A DNA stretch of 57,434 nt from NCBI GenBank assembly GCA_024405635.1, contig JAKSOL010000019.1, positions 1-57,434 on the forward strand, read 5' to 3'. Position numbers and translations under genes: made by a program. A model generated the notes under the pieces. That model saw nothing but the letters and a program-made list of their open reading frames with translations, was not told where the DNA came from and did no database searches. The first letter of the stretch is position 1. Each line of letters begins with the position of its first letter. Positions 54,862 through 57,434 of this stretch are shown here, in pieces. The DNA comes from Salinivirgaceae bacterium. Its GTDB lineage: Bacteria > Bacteroidota > Bacteroidia > Bacteroidales > SZUA-534.

Positions 54862-57372
54862 ATGAGAAAAATAATTCTGATAGCATTAGTAATTATTTCA
54901 GCAAATACAAGTTGGGCTGAACCTGTTAGTGTAGATAAAGCAAAAGCTCTTGCTAGTAAATTTATCTCTAACAAGAACCAATCACAGCGGCTATTGTTGG
55001 CTAGTCAAAATTCGTCATCAGCACAAAAAGAAGCTACCCAAAACATAGAACTTGTTTATACAGCAACTAAAAATGGCGCAGCAACTTTATACGTTTACTC
55101 AAATCCAAACGGAGGTTTTGTAATCATCTCAGCCGATGATGCTGTAAATCCAATCATTGCATATTCCAACACATCGCAAATAACCGACATTGAGCATAAC
55201 ACTGCCCTAAAACACGAACTAGACGACTATAGTAGGATTATTGACATTGCACGCAACAATGGCAACTCTAATGCTGAAAACGTTTCCCAAGCATGGCTCG
55301 AATTGTCAGAAATTGAAACAGAAATACAACCAAACATTTTCAAGTCAGCAAGTTCAACAGTTGACAACGAAATAAATAAAGGACCATTATTAACATCTCA
55401 ATGGGGACAAGAAGGCAAATACAAAAAATACTGTCATGGATTAGTTGGTTGCGTAGCTGTTGCAATGGGCGAAATAATGCACTACCACAAATGGCCTCAA
55501 ACTGGTCAAAGTTGGCATCGATACATTCCATATAAAAGCCCAACAGAAGAAGAGCTATTTGTCAATTTTGAACAAACCTCATATAACTGGGACTTGATGC
55601 CAGATGTTGTGTCGCGAAAAACCAAGACCGAAGCTGCTGACGAAGTAGCAAAACTACTCTACCATGCAGGCATAGCTGTTGATATGCAATATAGCGACAA
55701 TGGATCTGCAGCCTACGATATTGACGTTCCTTATGCCATGTGTGAATACTTTAAATACGATCCAACTACAATTAAAGTTGTGTATTACGAAGGAAAAACA
55801 CGCAACGAATGGGTTGACCTGATAAAAAACGAAATAAACCACAAACGACCTGTATTTTATGCAGGAGCAACTGAAAATGGAGAAGGGCATGCATGGGTTG
55901 TTGACGGATACGACGACCGCAATTACATACATTGCAATTGGGGATGGAACGGTGATGGTGACGGATATTTTTCGCCTAAACATCTCATTCTATTTGACTA
56001 CGATTTTTCAAATAACGCAGGAATCATTATAGGAATTCAACCAAACCTTACAGGGCATTACCCTATGCTTTGGACACAACAAGCAAGCAACTATACCAAA
56101 AATGATGTAGGCATTGCAAACATTGCTGCAATTGACAATTTAACCGCTTGGTCTTCAGCATTTGACAACAACAACAAAAGTATTCTTGAATTTGGCCGCA
56201 CTACCGATGGTGGAAAACTATGGCAGATAGGCAAAATCAACTTTAACGGTTCAAGAGGATTCTCTACATCAATGATTTGTGCCATTGACAAAACAAACGC
56301 TTGGGCAACAGTTTACAACACTTCGTCAATGTTTAATAGTGGAGGCAAAGTTGTACACACAAACGACGGCGGTGCCACTTGGACGGTTCAAACAACCGAT
56401 AATCAATTTAGCGGAGGTGATGCATTCCCTAATTCAATTCACTTTTGGGACGCAAACAATGGAGTATGCATTGGAGATCCAAACGATGGTTATTTTGAAA
56501 TATATACAACCACAAATGGAGGTAACGAATGGACACGTGTGGACCAATCGTCAATTCCAAATAACAAAACAGGAGAATGCGGATTAAATGCACATTTATG
56601 CGTTTATGACAACAACTTATGGTTTGGCACAAACAAAGGACGTTTATACGTGTCAAACGATAGAGGTTACACGTGGGCTGTTTACGACACACCTTTTAAC
56701 GACATTTATGAAATAGCATTCCGCAACGATTCTGTTGGTGTTATTATTGGTAAAACGGACACAAGTTATACAGCTTTCCGAACATCAAATGGCGGTAAAA
56801 ATTGGGAATATTTAAACTACTCAGGTAATTTTTACCCTTCAGCCATAGCCTACATACCCAACACTGATACATTAATTAGCGCAGGTGGCGAATACGATGA
56901 ATTAACAGGAAAAGAATATTTTGGATTATCATACAGCACCAACAATGGAGATTCTTGGACTGATTATGCCGATTTTTACCAAAACATACAGTTTACTGCA
57001 CTTGGAATAGCACCATCAGGTGCCGCTTGGGCTGGGTCATTCAGTTATGGCAAACATAATCGCGGTATGTGGTATCGCGGCCGCAACAAAGCTATTCCTG
57101 TCGCCATTGACGAAAAAAACATTTCGTCATGGTTTAGTCAATGCAATAAGTTATTGGCTTTTCCTAATCCAACTAGTTCAACAATTTCGTTTGCTGGATT
57201 TGAATCAGGACAACTTTCCATTTTTAATAGTATTGGCCAAAACGTTTACAATGATTCCAACTATAATTCAGGAACAGTCATAAACATCAACAATCTTGCT
57301 TCAGGCATATACATTGCCACTATTAAAACCAGCAATGGATTAAACTTAACTACAAAATTTCAGGTTTATTAG
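54862..57372 (+). CDS. Peptidase C10 (streptopain/interpain-like) with I69-like propeptide, Asp-box beta-propeller and T9SS CTD
   Basis: GGFVIISADD propeptide, WGQ, GCVAVAM (Cys), GHAWVVDG (His), NWGW, six Asp-boxes and CTD AFPNP...SGIYIA...KFQV. Start ATG 54862 or 54850. Confidence 0.9.
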   Translation: MRKIILIALVIISANTSWAEPVSVDKAKALASKFISNKNQSQRLLLASQNSSSAQKEATQNIELVYTATKNGAATLYVYSNPNGGFVIISADDAVNPIIAYSNTSQITDIEHNTALKHELDDYSRIIDIARNNGNSNAENVSQAWLELSEIETEIQPNIFKSASSTVDNEINKGPLLTSQWGQEGKYKKYCHGLVGCVAVAMGEIMHYHKWPQTGQSWHRYIPYKSPTEEELFVNFEQTSYNWDLMPDVVSRKTKTEAADEVAKLLYHAGIAVDMQYSDNGSAAYDIDVPYAMCEYFKYDPTTIKVVYYEGKTRNEWVDLIKNEINHKRPVFYAGATENGEGHAWVVDGYDDRNYIHCNWGWNGDGDGYFSPKHLILFDYDFSNNAGIIIGIQPNLTGHYPMLWTQQASNYTKNDVGIANIAAIDNLTAWSSAFDNNNKSILEFGRTTDGGKLWQIGKINFNGSRGFSTSMICAIDKTNAWATVYNTSSMFNSGGKVVHTNDGGATWTVQTTDNQFSGGDAFPNSIHFWDANNGVCIGDPNDGYFEIYTTTNGGNEWTRVDQSSIPNNKTGECGLNAHLCVYDNNLWFGTNKGRLYVSNDRGYTWAVYDTPFNDIYEIAFRNDSVGVIIGKTDTSYTAFRTSNGGKNWEYLNYSGNFYPSAIAYIPNTDTLISAGGEYDELTGKEYFGLSYSTNNGDSWTDYADFYQNIQFTALGIAPSGAAWAGSFSYGKHNRGMWYRGRNKAIPVAIDEKNISSWFSQCNKLLAFPNPTSSTISFAGFESGQLSIFNSIGQNVYNDSNYNSGTVININNLASGIYIATIKTSNGLNLTTKFQVY

Positions 57373-57434
57373 TAGCCTTATACCCGTTGTGCATTAATAA
57401 AAATTGAAAAAAGTTATTCATAAAACGAATAAAA

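Noticed and set aside
1-57434. CRISPR arrays, IS elements, prophage, defence systems, invertible promoters, frameshifted genes
   Set aside because: I found no regularly spaced direct repeats, transposase/integrase/recombinase motifs or broken reading frames by eye, and nearly all sequence is accounted for by intact genes. A computational repeat scan would be needed to exclude weak repeats.

Overview
A 57.4 kb chromosomal window from a Bacteroidota (probably Bacteroidales-type) bacterium. The assignment rests on TAnnTTTG -7 promoter boxes, generally absent Shine-Dalgarno sites, a hybrid two-component system, T9SS C-terminal domains and TonB receptors. I saw no mobile element, CRISPR array or pseudogene. 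In order, the window holds: an L-galactose-type catabolic operon (AKR dehydrogenase, Zn dehydrogenase, amidohydrolase lactonase, FucP-like permease cut by the window edge); a lipoprotein serpin; tRNA-Arg(TCT); an aromatic amino acid/arylacetate cluster (paaI-iorA-iorB-aminotransferase-paaK) preceded by two esterases; a divergent HTCS; a four-gene TonB receptor/DUF4249/MG2-plug/unknown cluster; a Pmp3 - PP2C-TM-LysM2 - NUDIX - pepC operon; a T9SS S8 protease; small genes; a BatA-domain protein; MATE; a cobalamin riboswitch btuB-btuG-DUF6580 locus; rpsF-rpsR-rplI; tRNA-Pro(CGG); a TetR-TolC-MFP-RND-PII-like efflux operon; a TPP riboswitch with thiM-thiE-thiD; pckA; tlpA-spmAB; and a T9SS C10 protease with an Asp-box propeller. 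The best candidates for undescribed biology are the membrane PP2C phosphatase with periplasmic LysM domains coupled to an uncalled Pmp3 peptide, the B12 locus with a solitary DUF6580 membrane protein where BtuFCD would be expected, the TonB/DUF4249/MG2-plug module, and the PII-like partner of the RND pump. Family calls come from motif recognition only; no searches were run.
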